This document shows, piece after piece, positions 32,461 to 42,070 of a DNA stretch of 64,000 bases. The notes under the pieces were generated by a model. That model was not told where the DNA came from. It did not search any database and was given only the letters and a program-made list of their open reading frames with translations. The DNA lies in the NCBI GenBank assembly GCA_965215005.1, contig CBDCCZ010000018.1, forward strand, positions 64,001 to 128,000, in the 5' to 3' direction. Source of the stretch: Kofleriaceae bacterium. GTDB taxonomy: Bacteria > Myxococcota_A > Polyangia > Haliangiales > Haliangiaceae. The position numbers and the translations under genes were made by a program. How positions within the stretch are numbered: the stretch's first letter is position 1; each line of letters begins with the position of its first letter.

Positions 32461-33810
32461 ATGGCGACGACACCAACGGTGCTGGTTGTCGATGACAACC
32501 CAGCGGTAGCCACGGCGCTCGACGTCCTGCTCTCGCTCCACGACGTCCGCACCGTTAGCGCCGCCTCGCCTCAGCAGGCGCTCGAGCTGCTCGCTCGACA
32601 GACGGTCGACCTGGTCATCCAGGACATGAACTTCTCGACCGACACCACCTCTGGACAGGAGGGCGAGACGCTGTTCCGCGCCATCCGCGACCGCCATCCC
32701 GACTTGCCGGTCATCCTCCTCACCGCCTGGACGCACCTCGAGGCCGCGGTTGACCTTGTCAAGGAAGGAGCAGCCGATTATCTGGCCAAGCCGTGGGACG
32801 ACGAACGCTTGGTCGCCAGCGTGCGTAACCTCATCGAGCTCGGCGAGGCCAACCGCGTGCTGACGCAAGGTCGCGCGCGCGAGCGCCGCCAACGCCATGC
32901 GCTCGAGCACTACGATCTGTGCGGCCTGGTGTTCGCCGATCCGGCGATGGAGCGGGTGGTGTCGCTTGCTTGCAAGGTTGCGCGCGCCGATGTGCCGGTG
33001 CTCATCACCGGGCCGAACGGCGCCGGCAAGGAGCGCATCGCCGCCATCGTTTGCGCCAACTCGAGTGTCGCCAAGGGTCCGTTCATCACCCTCAACTGCG
33101 GCGCCTTGCCTTCGGAGTTGGTCGAGGCCGAGTTGTTTGGCGTCGAGGCCGGCGCCTATACCGGCGCCACCCGGGCGCGCGAGGGCAAGTTCGAAGCCGC
33201 CGACCGCGGCACCTTGTTCCTCGATGAAATCGGCAATCTGTCGCCAGCGGCGCAGATGAAGCTGCTACGCGTGCTCGAAACTGGCCGCTTCCAGCGCCTG
33301 GGCAGCAACCGCGAACAGGAGGTCAAGGTGCGCCTGATTAGCGCCACCAACGCCGAGCTGCCGCAGATGATCGCGGCTGGCAGCTTTCGCGAAGATCTCT
33401 ACTACCGCCTCAACGTCATCGAGATCGGCGTGCCGCCGCTGGCCGAGCGACCGCGCGACCTTTTGCCGCTGGCCGAATCGTTCCTGCCGCCGGGCACACG
33501 GCTCGGTGAGGACGCCAAGCGCGCCCTCGCAAGGCACCATTGGCCAGGCAACGTTCGCGAGCTGCGCAACAAGATGCAGCGCGCGGCGTTGCTCGCGCAG
33601 AACCAGGAGCTTGACGCCGCCGATCTCGGGTTGGCCGGTGCAACAGCGCCCCCCAGCGGCGACGCCGACCTCGACCGCGAGGCGATCGAGCGCGCCTTGG
33701 CCGCGGCCGGCGGCGTCGTTAGCCAGGCCGCCGCCGAGCTGGGACTCAGTCGGCAGGCGCTGTACCGGCGCATGGAACGGCTCGGAGTCGGGCGCCGCGA
33801 GATCAAATGA
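32461..33810 (+). CDS. NtrC-family sigma-54-dependent response regulator
   Basis: Receiver domain (VVDD, IQDMN), GPNGAGKE, GAYTGA, FLDEIG, WPGNVREL, Fis-type HTH. Confidence 0.95.
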   Translation: MATTPTVLVVDDNPAVATALDVLLSLHDVRTVSAASPQQALELLARQTVDLVIQDMNFSTDTTSGQEGETLFRAIRDRHPDLPVILLTAWTHLEAAVDLVKEGAADYLAKPWDDERLVASVRNLIELGEANRVLTQGRARERRQRHALEHYDLCGLVFADPAMERVVSLACKVARADVPVLITGPNGAGKERIAAIVCANSSVAKGPFITLNCGALPSELVEAELFGVEAGAYTGATRAREGKFEAADRGTLFLDEIGNLSPAAQMKLLRVLETGRFQRLGSNREQEVKVRLISATNAELPQMIAAGSFREDLYYRLNVIEIGVPPLAERPRDLLPLAESFLPPGTRLGEDAKRALARHHWPGNVRELRNKMQRAALLAQNQELDAADLGLAGATAPPSGDADLDREAIERALAAAGGVVSQAAAELGLSRQALYRRMERLGVGRREIK

Positions 33811-35120
33811 GGGCGCCGCGCCAGTTCTCGGTGGCGGGCAAGCTCGCGGCCCTGGGCGCCGCGCCGCTGCTCATCGCCATCGTCTTCGCCGCCCTCCTCG
33901 CCCAGTGGACCGAGCCGGTGCTGGCGATGCTGGTGGCAGCGCTGCTCGCAGTCCCGCTGTGGACGTGGCTGGTCGCACGCGCCGTCACGCCAGTAATCGC
34001 ACTGTTTCGCGCGCTGGCGGGTACGACGAGCAGTTACCGCGACGGCGACTTCAACTTCAGCATCCGCTGGGATGCGCGCGACGAGCTCGGTGAGTTGGTC
34101 GCGGCGCACAACGACCTCGGCGCGATGCTGCGCCAGCAGCGCATCGGCCTGGTCCAGCGCGAGCTCTTGCTCGATACCATGGTGCAGCACACCCCGGTGG
34201 CGATGGTGCTGGTCGATGCGAGCCGGCGCATCATCTACGCCAATCTGGCCGCGCGTCGGCTCTTGCATGGCGGCCGCCGCCTGGAGGGGCAGGCGCTCGA
34301 GGCGGTGCTAGCCGCCGCACCAGAGCCGCTGCGTGATGCCGTCGCCAGCGGGGGCGATAGCCTGTTCACGGTGGACGCAGGCGACGAAGAAGAGGTCTAT
34401 CACTTGGCGCGGCGCGGCTTTCGCCTCAACGGCCGCGGCCATGAGCTCTATTTGATTCGGCACTTGACGCCGGAGCTGCGCCGCCAGGAAGTGCAGACCT
34501 GGAAGAAAGTCATTCGCGTCATCAGCCACGAGCTCAACAACTCGCTCGCGCCGGTGGCCTCATTAGCGCACTCGGGCGCCGAGCTGCTTCGCCGCGGCGA
34601 GCATCAGCGCCTCGGGCAGATCTTCGTGACCATCGAAGAGCGGGCCCGACACCTGGAATCGTTCATTCGCGGCTACGCGCGCTTCGCCAAGCTGCCGACG
34701 CCGCGGCGTGAGCCGGTGGCGTGGGCCGAGCTAATCGAGCGGCTGCGCGCGCAGATGCCCTTCGAGGGCCAAGCGCCGCCGGCCGACTGGATCGGCCGCG
34801 TCGACATCGCGCAGCTCGAGCAAGCCGTGCTCAACCTCCTCAAAAACGCCAACGAGTCCGGCTCGGCGGCCGAGGCAATCGAGCTGCGCATCCACCGGGC
34901 TCCGGGCTGGTATCGCCTCGAAGTGCTCGATCGCGGCACCGGCATGAGCGAAGCCACCTTGGCCCACGCGCTAACGCCGTTTTACTCCACCAAGCGCACC
35001 GGCACCGGCTTAGGCTTGGCCTTGGCGCGCGAGATCGCCGAGGCCCACGGCGGCTACATCGCCTTGGCCAACCGCCCCGACGGCGGCCTGCGAGTGACCT
35101 TGACCATTCCCGACCCCTGA
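33807..35120 (+). CDS. Sensor histidine kinase (TM-HAMP-PAS-HisKA-HATPase)
   Basis: ISHELNNSL H-box, NLLKNA, DRGTG, FYSTK..GTGLGL; ATGA overlap with the regulator. Confidence 0.95.
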   Translation: MRAPRQFSVAGKLAALGAAPLLIAIVFAALLAQWTEPVLAMLVAALLAVPLWTWLVARAVTPVIALFRALAGTTSSYRDGDFNFSIRWDARDELGELVAAHNDLGAMLRQQRIGLVQRELLLDTMVQHTPVAMVLVDASRRIIYANLAARRLLHGGRRLEGQALEAVLAAAPEPLRDAVASGGDSLFTVDAGDEEEVYHLARRGFRLNGRGHELYLIRHLTPELRRQEVQTWKKVIRVISHELNNSLAPVASLAHSGAELLRRGEHQRLGQIFVTIEERARHLESFIRGYARFAKLPTPRREPVAWAELIERLRAQMPFEGQAPPADWIGRVDIAQLEQAVLNLLKNANESGSAAEAIELRIHRAPGWYRLEVLDRGTGMSEATLAHALTPFYSTKRTGTGLGLALAREIAEAHGGYIALANRPDGGLRVTLTIPDP

Positions 35121-35268
35121 GCAGCGCGCGGCAGCAACGCTGGCGGATTCTTCGAGCCATCGAACAGCGCGCGCCGGAGATCCCGATGAACAGGGCCCGT
35201 CCATGCCGGCAGGCTCAACCTACTGGCCAGTGCGCACTTCTGTGTTGCTGTTAGTCGATGTACCGACC

Positions 35269-35910
35269 TTATCGAAGACGCAACCTGAGCTCACCTTCAT
35301 AGTCGAGCTCGCCTTCTTCATTCCCGTCGACGCTAAGCACGAACTCATCGCGCAGCGCTTCTGCGAAGCACTCACACTCCGCGGCAACGTCGGGCGTCGG
35401 AGACGCTATCTCGCAACCCCAACCGCTCACGCTCACTTCCGAGCGACGAATTTCCGCATAGGTGGTTAGAGATACATCTTGCGATGACTCTCGCGCTCCA
35501 TGTATTCGGCACCTGTCGAGAGCCGTTGCGACTCCTGGAGTGGTGGAGTCACCTCCCCAGACGCGCTGTAGCCCAGCCATCGACGCGACAGCCAACTCTA
35601 CCTCGAGGGCGAACTGCGTATGCAGATAACGAAAACGGCCCCATTCCGAGCTGGTGGATAGTCGCACCGAATCGCCGTCCTCCAGCGCCTGCACGGCGGG
35701 CTGCGGTTGCGGTGCAGAAACTTTGCTACTCCTCAATTTGTACTGCGAAGTTGATCCTTGCCCGACGTCTAGATCAGCTGTCGCCGGGGCATCGGAAACA
35801 TCGATCTTCTTTGCATGTGTTGACAGCGAGTCATTTCCGCGCCTCATGTACCAAATCAGCATGACGACTGCAGCGAACACCACAGCGATACTGGAGAGAC
35901 GACGAAACAC
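35269..35910 (-). CDS. Hypothetical membrane-anchored protein
   Basis: N-terminal TM helix and Cys-containing C-terminal domain; 7 nt downstream of a co-oriented gene. Confidence 0.6.
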   Translation of the reverse strand: MFRRLSSIAVVFAAVVMLIWYMRRGNDSLSTHAKKIDVSDAPATADLDVGQGSTSQYKLRSSKVSAPQPQPAVQALEDGDSVRLSTSSEWGRFRYLHTQFALEVELAVASMAGLQRVWGGDSTTPGVATALDRCRIHGARESSQDVSLTTYAEIRRSEVSVSGWGCEIASPTPDVAAECECFAEALRDEFVLSVDGNEEGELDYEGELRLRLR

Positions 35911-35917
35911 CGCGCCT

Positions 35918-36616
35918 TCACTCCTTTGCTGCAGGAGGCAAGTCGCCGTAGGCTTCTAGCCACCGTTCATACGTTGCTTGATCTCTTCGCTCCTTGCCAA
36001 ACACGAGCCACGTGGTGAACCTCCGCCCATGTTCCCCGTCCTCGACTCCTCCCACCTCTGCCGCATCACCCAACGTGTAAGGCTGGAGCGCCGCAAGAGC
36101 GGCATCCAACTCATCCGCCGATGCCCCGTTCATCACCACGTCGACCCGGCAAGTTCCTGTGAAGCATGTGGTAGTGAACTCCACATTCGCTTCTTCTAGT
36201 GCTTCTGCACGAAACGACAGAACCTCCTTCAAGGTAGCCTCCCGAGCCGAAGCAAACACCTCATCGCGAGGTTCCTTCGCGGCTAAGCGGCTAATGGGCT
36301 CGCCGCGCAACAGCATAAGAGCATGAGCGTCGTATCCGGGCGACGTCGGATCCACCTCGGCAACGAGATCAAGATCCTCGTCGTTCTGCACTGGTAGCCC
36401 CGGTCGCATCTGGCTCCTCGAGCTGTCTTGCTTGCTCAAGCGTTGGCTGCCAGCGGCCGGTTCCTCGAGAGAGCGACCCACCGGTGAAGAGTCACTGCAA
36501 GGGGACGAGCTGCTGCATGGGTTTGGCCGCTTGACCTGCGCGGCTAGAGAAACAGCGATTGCGACACAAATCGCAGCAGCGACGAGAGCTGTGATGACTA
36601 TGGAACGACTACGCAT
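35918..36616 (-). CDS. Hypothetical membrane-anchored/secreted protein
   Basis: N-terminal hydrophobic helix; EPRDEVFA...CFTGTCRV; TACTAT box 8 nt before ATG. Confidence 0.65.
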   Translation of the reverse strand: MRSRSIVITALVAAAICVAIAVSLAAQVKRPNPCSSSSPCSDSSPVGRSLEEPAAGSQRLSKQDSSRSQMRPGLPVQNDEDLDLVAEVDPTSPGYDAHALMLLRGEPISRLAAKEPRDEVFASAREATLKEVLSFRAEALEEANVEFTTTCFTGTCRVDVVMNGASADELDAALAALQPYTLGDAAEVGGVEDGEHGRRFTTWLVFGKERRDQATYERWLEAYGDLPPAAKE

Positions 36617-36633
36617 GACACTCTATAGTAGCG

Positions 36634-38880
36634 CTAACGCTGCGATGAATCGCCGAGGCGCTTGCGCAGCTCTTCTAGGTTGAGGTCGATCGACTTCTTC
36701 GATTGCATGAGGCGCTCGAGCGGGTCCCGGGAGGTTGCGCTGCGGCGCAGGCGTGGACGCGCCTCTAGAAGCCCGGACAACGCATCGCGCAGGTGGGCCG
36801 GCAAGACGCTGTCGAGGTATTCGAGAGCGGTGCCGCGAAGGCTGTCGTCATCGGTTTGCAGGCCGCGAAATGCGACTTGCAGCGGCGCTTTGGGCAACAC
36901 CAGTGACAGCAACGTGAATAAATGCTCGAGGCTGTAGCTCTCGCGTGTTCGCTCGGCTGCGTTGATGAACAAGGATTCGTCGTGGTCATCGAGCAGGCGG
37001 CGGCTTTCCCAGACCCGGCGGTCGACTTGGACCTCGCGCTCGAGAGCGGCAAAGAGCACCGCGCGCGTGGGTGCGAGCTCAGGGCGCTGTCGCAAGAGCG
37101 CTGCCAAGGCCCGACCGGCCTGAAAGCGCACTTCGAAGCGTTTGTCCTCGAGCGCGGCCAGAAGGCCGGCCACGGCGCGCTGGTTGGCGGAATTGCCTAG
37201 AACCCGTGGGATGCGCCGGCGAATGGCGAATTCTTGGCCGGGGTCGAGCAGCGCGTCGAGAAGCTGACCGGTGCAGCGCTCGCTGAGCGGTCGCAGCGCC
37301 GCGACAGCCGCGGCGCTCACCTCGTCCCACGCGAGCAGCGGGATGACGTGGCCAATTAGCTCTGGCGACAAGGATCCCGATAGCGCCCTCATAACGCGCA
37401 CGCTGTCGCCGGAGCGCAACGCGGTGACTTGCATCAGCAGCTCATCGCTGCGTGATGAGGGCGCTAAAGGCGCCTCTGAAGGAGCGCGCTGAGCCACTGC
37501 TGGCAGCTCTCGGCTCTCACGCACGGAGATGTCGCGGGCCAAAAGCTCGGCCCCAGAGTCGCGCCCGAAGGCTTGCGAAAGGTTGATAGCGCCGATCGTC
37601 TGCATGACGGAGTTGCGCCCGGTGAAGTCGCGGCTGCGGCTCAGGTCGAGCTCGCCAGCGCGGTGTAATAGGCTCTTTTCGAGCGCCCGCACGTACCCCC
37701 GCTGCAGCCCCACGGCGACCAATACCGCCACCAACCCAACCGCTGCCGCCGCGCTCAGCAGCACAGCCGCCGCCGCGGCAGGCGCTATCAAGAGCAGCAC
37801 GAGCCTGGTAAAGCCGCCGCCGATGGCATCGCCGACGCGGTCGACGCCGACGTCGATGATGGTCTTGGTGGCGCGCTTTTGCTGCGGCGAGATGGGCGTG
37901 TAGAGCAGCTCGTAACCGGAGCGGAATAGCGATCCGCGAAGAATCGACTCAGCGGCGAACGCAGCGCCTGCCGCGCCGATACCCGGCAAGATGATGACGC
38001 TGAGGCTGCCGCCGACCAACGCGGCGGGCAAGATGGTCACGGTCCGCGCCAACCCGAGCTTCTCTAGGGCTACGCGTGACACCAAGGCTTGCACCAAAAA
38101 GGTCAATGCGCCAATCGCGGTATAGAAGACTGCAAAGAAACGCAGCAGCGCGTCGCCTTCGTAACGAGCAGCGGCATGCGACTTGAAAACGAAGTCGAGA
38201 AACGCGGCGCTAAGGGTGAGAAGAAACACCAGCAGCGCGATGCGGCGCAGATAAGGATTCCGAGCCAGGCTATCGACAGCCGAGGTATTCGGAGGCGGTT
38301 CTTGCACTCGTGCCGCCCCACGCAGCGCCAGGACCACCAAGGCGCAGACCCCGTGCATGATCGCGAGTCCCGGCAACATCGCTGAAATGCTGCTCGCCAT
38401 AGCGCCGACGCGCTCGGCGATGATTCCCCCAAGCAGCCCTCCGAGCGTGGCGCCGCCGGCGATCCGGCCGATGCTCTGTTTGGCGGTGTGTGGGTCGAAT
38501 CGCTCGTTGACAAGCGACCAGAATCCTGACACTAGCGTCGCTCCAAGCGCGGCGACGTGCAGAAACAAGACGATCGCGACAGTTCGCGGCGCCTGCTCGA
38601 TAACCAACCACTCCCCGACGAAACCCGCGGCACTGACGCCGAAGATGGCCGGCACGAGCAATCCTGGACCGCGCCGAGCCATCAGCTTGGAGATCGCCAG
38701 AACCACCACCAACGACACCAACGAGGATGCAATGAGCATCGTCGGCAAGTCGGTCACCGGAAAGTGCGAAAGAAACAGCGCATCGCGAGTGGCTTTGCTC
38801 GCCACTTGATTGGCGATCATCAGCACCGCACCGACGGTGGCGGCGCTCACTGCAGTGGCGGTTGTCTTGGCGCGGGCCAT
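36634..38880 (-). CDS. TLC/NTT-like (MFS-fold) transporter fused to HEAT repeats
   Basis: KATRDALFLS, FWSLVNERFD, RSGYELLYTPI..KRATKTIIDVGVDRVGD; HEAT motifs (LEDKRFEVRFQAGRAL). Confidence 0.8.
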   Translation of the reverse strand: MARAKTTATAVSAATVGAVLMIANQVASKATRDALFLSHFPVTDLPTMLIASSLVSLVVVLAISKLMARRGPGLLVPAIFGVSAAGFVGEWLVIEQAPRTVAIVLFLHVAALGATLVSGFWSLVNERFDPHTAKQSIGRIAGGATLGGLLGGIIAERVGAMASSISAMLPGLAIMHGVCALVVLALRGAARVQEPPPNTSAVDSLARNPYLRRIALLVFLLTLSAAFLDFVFKSHAAARYEGDALLRFFAVFYTAIGALTFLVQALVSRVALEKLGLARTVTILPAALVGGSLSVIILPGIGAAGAAFAAESILRGSLFRSGYELLYTPISPQQKRATKTIIDVGVDRVGDAIGGGFTRLVLLLIAPAAAAAVLLSAAAAVGLVAVLVAVGLQRGYVRALEKSLLHRAGELDLSRSRDFTGRNSVMQTIGAINLSQAFGRDSGAELLARDISVRESRELPAVAQRAPSEAPLAPSSRSDELLMQVTALRSGDSVRVMRALSGSLSPELIGHVIPLLAWDEVSAAAVAALRPLSERCTGQLLDALLDPGQEFAIRRRIPRVLGNSANQRAVAGLLAALEDKRFEVRFQAGRALAALLRQRPELAPTRAVLFAALEREVQVDRRVWESRRLLDDHDESLFINAAERTRESYSLEHLFTLLSLVLPKAPLQVAFRGLQTDDDSLRGTALEYLDSVLPAHLRDALSGLLEARPRLRRSATSRDPLERLMQSKKSIDLNLEELRKRLGDSSQR

Positions 38881-38892
38881 AGCCGTGCGGTG

Positions 38893-39105
38893 CTAGAAAC
38901 GGCGCGCGAGCAGTAGCAGCGCCAGCACGATCAGCACTCCGGTGATAATGGTGCCAATCCAACGCGCCTTGCGCGACGCGCTGGGTCGACCGGTGGCGGC
39001 CCCTGCGACGTCTTTGAAGCCGCTGCGCATGCCCATCATCATCCCGCGCTTGCGCGGAGCAGACGCGTTGCGCCGGCGTTTACGAGGTCGTTTAGAACGC
39101 GACAT
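38893..39105 (-). CDS. Small basic protein with a C-terminal TM helix
   Basis: 70 aa; WIGTIITGVLIVLALLLLARRF; TATACT box 6 nt before ATG. Confidence 0.65.
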   Translation of the reverse strand: MSRSKRPRKRRRNASAPRKRGMMMGMRSGFKDVAGAATGRPSASRKARWIGTIITGVLIVLALLLLARRF

Positions 39106-39246
39106 GGCGGCAGTATACGTGCGCTCTTCTCATAAAGGTCCGCCGCAGTCGAGGCGGTCGAGTGAGCGTGAGCTGCATCGCGCCGAGCGAGCTCGTCGGC
39201 TCCAAGCGCTCAGGTCACTACGCGCGTTGCAGCTGCCGAAACGCCG

Positions 39247-40149
39247 TCATCGTCCAGTGCTTCCGCGGCAGCTGGCAACCAACGCGCGGAGGCGGGGCAC
39301 CGCATCGACGCTTCGCGCCCCATACCAGAAGAGATCGGCGCCATCGCAAAAGCGCACTCCGTCTGCGCCTGCCGGTATCGCCAGCTCGCGAAACACCTCC
39401 GCCTCGGTTTCGGAGAATGGATACGGCTCGCTCGGCAGCAGCACCAGGGCGGGCGCACGCGCCTCGACCTCGGCAAGCGTGATGCGCGGATAGCGAACAT
39501 CGCGCCCGGCAACGCGTTCTTCGGGCAGCGGCTCTGCCTTGCCCAGATCCGCGGCGAGAGGATAGTAGCGAATGCGATCGGCGAACACGTTGCGAGCGCC
39601 GGCGATGGTGAGCATGTCGCTGCCAAACGTGTCGCCGCCAAGCGTCATGAGCGGGTCCATCCAAATCGGCAAGAACGTCGCAACCGGCTCGCCTGCCGCC
39701 GCCTGCTCGGCGTCCTTGACGATCGCATACCCGCGGCGAATGAGCTCGGCCGCCGCGGGATCACTTGCAACGCCGAGCATGCGAGCGAGACGCGCGAGAT
39801 GGGCGACGCCGTCGGCGACGCGTTTGGGCAGTGAGACGTAGACGTTGACGCCCCTTTGGGCGAGTTTCTCGAGCGCGGGGCGCGCGTTCTCTTCCTGATT
39901 CGCCACCACCAGATCGGGCGCCAAGGCGAGCACCGCATCGACGTCAGCGTCCTTGGTACCGCCCACGGTAGGAATCGCCGCCACGCCCTCGACTGGCTCC
40001 ACGCAATACGTCGTGCGCCCCACGACACGTTCGCCAGCACCGAGACGAAACAGGCTGTAGGTGTCGCTCGGCACCAGCGACACGATGCGTCGCGGCGGAT
40101 GATAGAAGATGACGTCGCGCCCTAGGGCATCTCTGACTCGGATGGCCAC
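39247..40149 (-). CDS. BtuF/TroA-like helical-backbone cobalamin/Fe-siderophore-binding protein
   Basis: RRIVSLVPSDT, VGRTTYC, VGGTKD, PDLVVANQEEN, LLPSEPYPF, FWYGAR. Confidence 0.85.
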   Translation of the reverse strand: MAIRVRDALGRDVIFYHPPRRIVSLVPSDTYSLFRLGAGERVVGRTTYCVEPVEGVAAIPTVGGTKDADVDAVLALAPDLVVANQEENARPALEKLAQRGVNVYVSLPKRVADGVAHLARLARMLGVASDPAAAELIRRGYAIVKDAEQAAAGEPVATFLPIWMDPLMTLGGDTFGSDMLTIAGARNVFADRIRYYPLAADLGKAEPLPEERVAGRDVRYPRITLAEVEARAPALVLLPSEPYPFSETEAEVFRELAIPAGADGVRFCDGADLFWYGARSVDAVPRLRALVASCRGSTGR

Positions 40150-40212
40150 GAGCGGCAGGGTACACGAGCCGGCACCCGCGTGTTAGCGTCCGCACGCGGC
40201 AGCGACAGACGA

Positions 40213-41655
40213 ATGTTCAATACAGTCACGATCACCTTCTTTCTCTTTATCGGCGCGTTCACGGGCGTCGGACTCTGGGCAGCAACTCGCAAGCAAGAAA
40301 CGCCCGAGGATTATCTTCTGGCGAGCCGTAACGTGAGCCCCTGGCTCACCGCGCTGTCGGCGGTATCGACGCAAAACAGCGGCTTCATGTTCGTGGGTCT
40401 CACCGGCTCCGCCTACGCTGGTGGCGTCGCCGCTTCGGTATGGATGATGGCCGGCTGGGTGATTGGCGATTATGCCGCGTGGCTATTCATCCACCGGCGG
40501 GTGCGCGAAACCAGCCTCGAGGTCAACACCGTGCCTGGATTCCTCGGCCACGGCATTCCCGGCGGCCGTGTGGTGATCGTGTTGGCCGGCCTCATCACCT
40601 TTGCGTTTCTGGGCGTGTACGCCGCAGCGCAGCTCACCGCTGGCCGCAAAGCGCTCGAGACCTTCGGCATCGACGGAATCATCGGCGTCACCATCGGCGC
40701 CGCCATGGTCGCCATCTACTGTTTTTCCGGCGGCATCCGCGCGTCCATCTGGACCGACGCCGCGCAGTCGATCGTGATGATCCTGGCGATGCTGCTGCTC
40801 GTGGTCGTCGCACTCGATCGCTTGGGCGGCTTTAGCGGCCTCGCTACAGGCCTGCACGCCGCAGACCCGGGCCTCACGACGTGGTTTCCCGAGAGCTATG
40901 CGTTTGGCTTTGGTCCGTTCTTCTTCGGCTGGATCGCCGCTGGCTTTGGTGTCGTCGGGCAGCCGCACATCATGGTTCGCATCATGGCCATCGAGTCGCC
41001 GCAAGCGCTGCGCTCCGCCCGACGCGTTTACATGCTGTGGTTCATTCTGTTTTCCGCGGCTTGCATCTTAGTCGGGCTGAGCGCGCGGGTGCTGCTTCCT
41101 GAGCTCGTTGGCGGCGACGCCGAGCTGGCGTTCCCGTTGCTATCGCGCGCCGTGCTCCCCGGTGTGCTGGTAGGCGTGATGCTTGCCGGGCTATTTGCTG
41201 CCACCATATCCACCGCTGATTCACAGGTTTTGGCCTGCTCCGCGGCCATCACTCAAGACCTCGTGCCGGGCTGGGCGAAATCGTATGTGGCGGTCAAGGC
41301 GGCTACACTCACGATCACCATCATCGCCGCCGCCATCGCGATTATCGCGATTGATTCGCCAGACCTTTCCGATAGCGTCTTCACGCTGGTGATCTTTGCC
41401 TGGTCAGGCCTTGCCTCCGCGCTCGGCCCGCTGCTGGTGGTGCGGGCCTTTCGGCTGCCGATTTCCGCCTCGGTCGCCACCACGATGATCGCAGTCGGGC
41501 TTGCGACGGTACTGATCTGGATGTTCGTCTTAAAGTACTCTAGTGGCGTCTACGAAGCCCTACCCGGGCTCCTCGCCGGCGGCATCATCTACGCCGTGAG
41601 CTATCCTTCTCTCTGCCGAGCACGTCATGAGCAAGCTTCCCCGCGGCGCCGATAA
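40213..41655 (+). CDS. putP: Sodium:solute symporter, PutP-like
   Basis: DYLLASR, GGIRASIWTD..Q, GQPHIMVR, AATISTADSQ; about 13 TM segments. Confidence 0.8.
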   Translation: MFNTVTITFFLFIGAFTGVGLWAATRKQETPEDYLLASRNVSPWLTALSAVSTQNSGFMFVGLTGSAYAGGVAASVWMMAGWVIGDYAAWLFIHRRVRETSLEVNTVPGFLGHGIPGGRVVIVLAGLITFAFLGVYAAAQLTAGRKALETFGIDGIIGVTIGAAMVAIYCFSGGIRASIWTDAAQSIVMILAMLLLVVVALDRLGGFSGLATGLHAADPGLTTWFPESYAFGFGPFFFGWIAAGFGVVGQPHIMVRIMAIESPQALRSARRVYMLWFILFSAACILVGLSARVLLPELVGGDAELAFPLLSRAVLPGVLVGVMLAGLFAATISTADSQVLACSAAITQDLVPGWAKSYVAVKAATLTITIIAAAIAIIAIDSPDLSDSVFTLVIFAWSGLASALGPLLVVRAFRLPISASVATTMIAVGLATVLIWMFVLKYSSGVYEALPGLLAGGIIYAVSYPSLCRARHEQASPRRR

Positions 41656-42046
41656 TCGTCCCGACCCACGCGAGCTGGCCAAGCAGGCGTTCGAAAAAGA
41701 CGCCAATCCCGCGATCGAAGAGGCGCTGCGCGAGCTCACGCCCGAGGAAGCGGCCCTGTTCGTCGGCCTGCTCGAGGTCGCGATGAAGAAGCGCCGCCTC
41801 ATGCTGTTTGGCTATCTGCTGGCTCTCGCGGTGTTCTTCTCCGGCATGTTGCTAGCCCTCTTCGTCTACGGCACCCGTGAGCCGGGGCAGGTCCTAGAAT
41901 GGGTGTTTCTGGTGCCATTCACGGGCGTGGGCGCGGTGCTCTATCTCTTTGGCCGCTGGTCCAAGAGCATCGAGCAGCCGACCGCTGAATCGATACACGC
42001 CGATATTGAGGCACGCGCCAACGCGGCGCCCTCCTCGCGATCCTGA
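41627..42046 (+). CDS. Hypothetical two-TM membrane protein
   Basis: Two hydrophobic segments; lies within the operon. Confidence 0.65.
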   Translation: MSKLPRGADNRPDPRELAKQAFEKDANPAIEEALRELTPEEAALFVGLLEVAMKKRRLMLFGYLLALAVFFSGMLLALFVYGTREPGQVLEWVFLVPFTGVGAVLYLFGRWSKSIEQPTAESIHADIEARANAAPSSRS

Positions 42047-42070
42047 GCCCAGAACGCTGGCTGACGCTGC

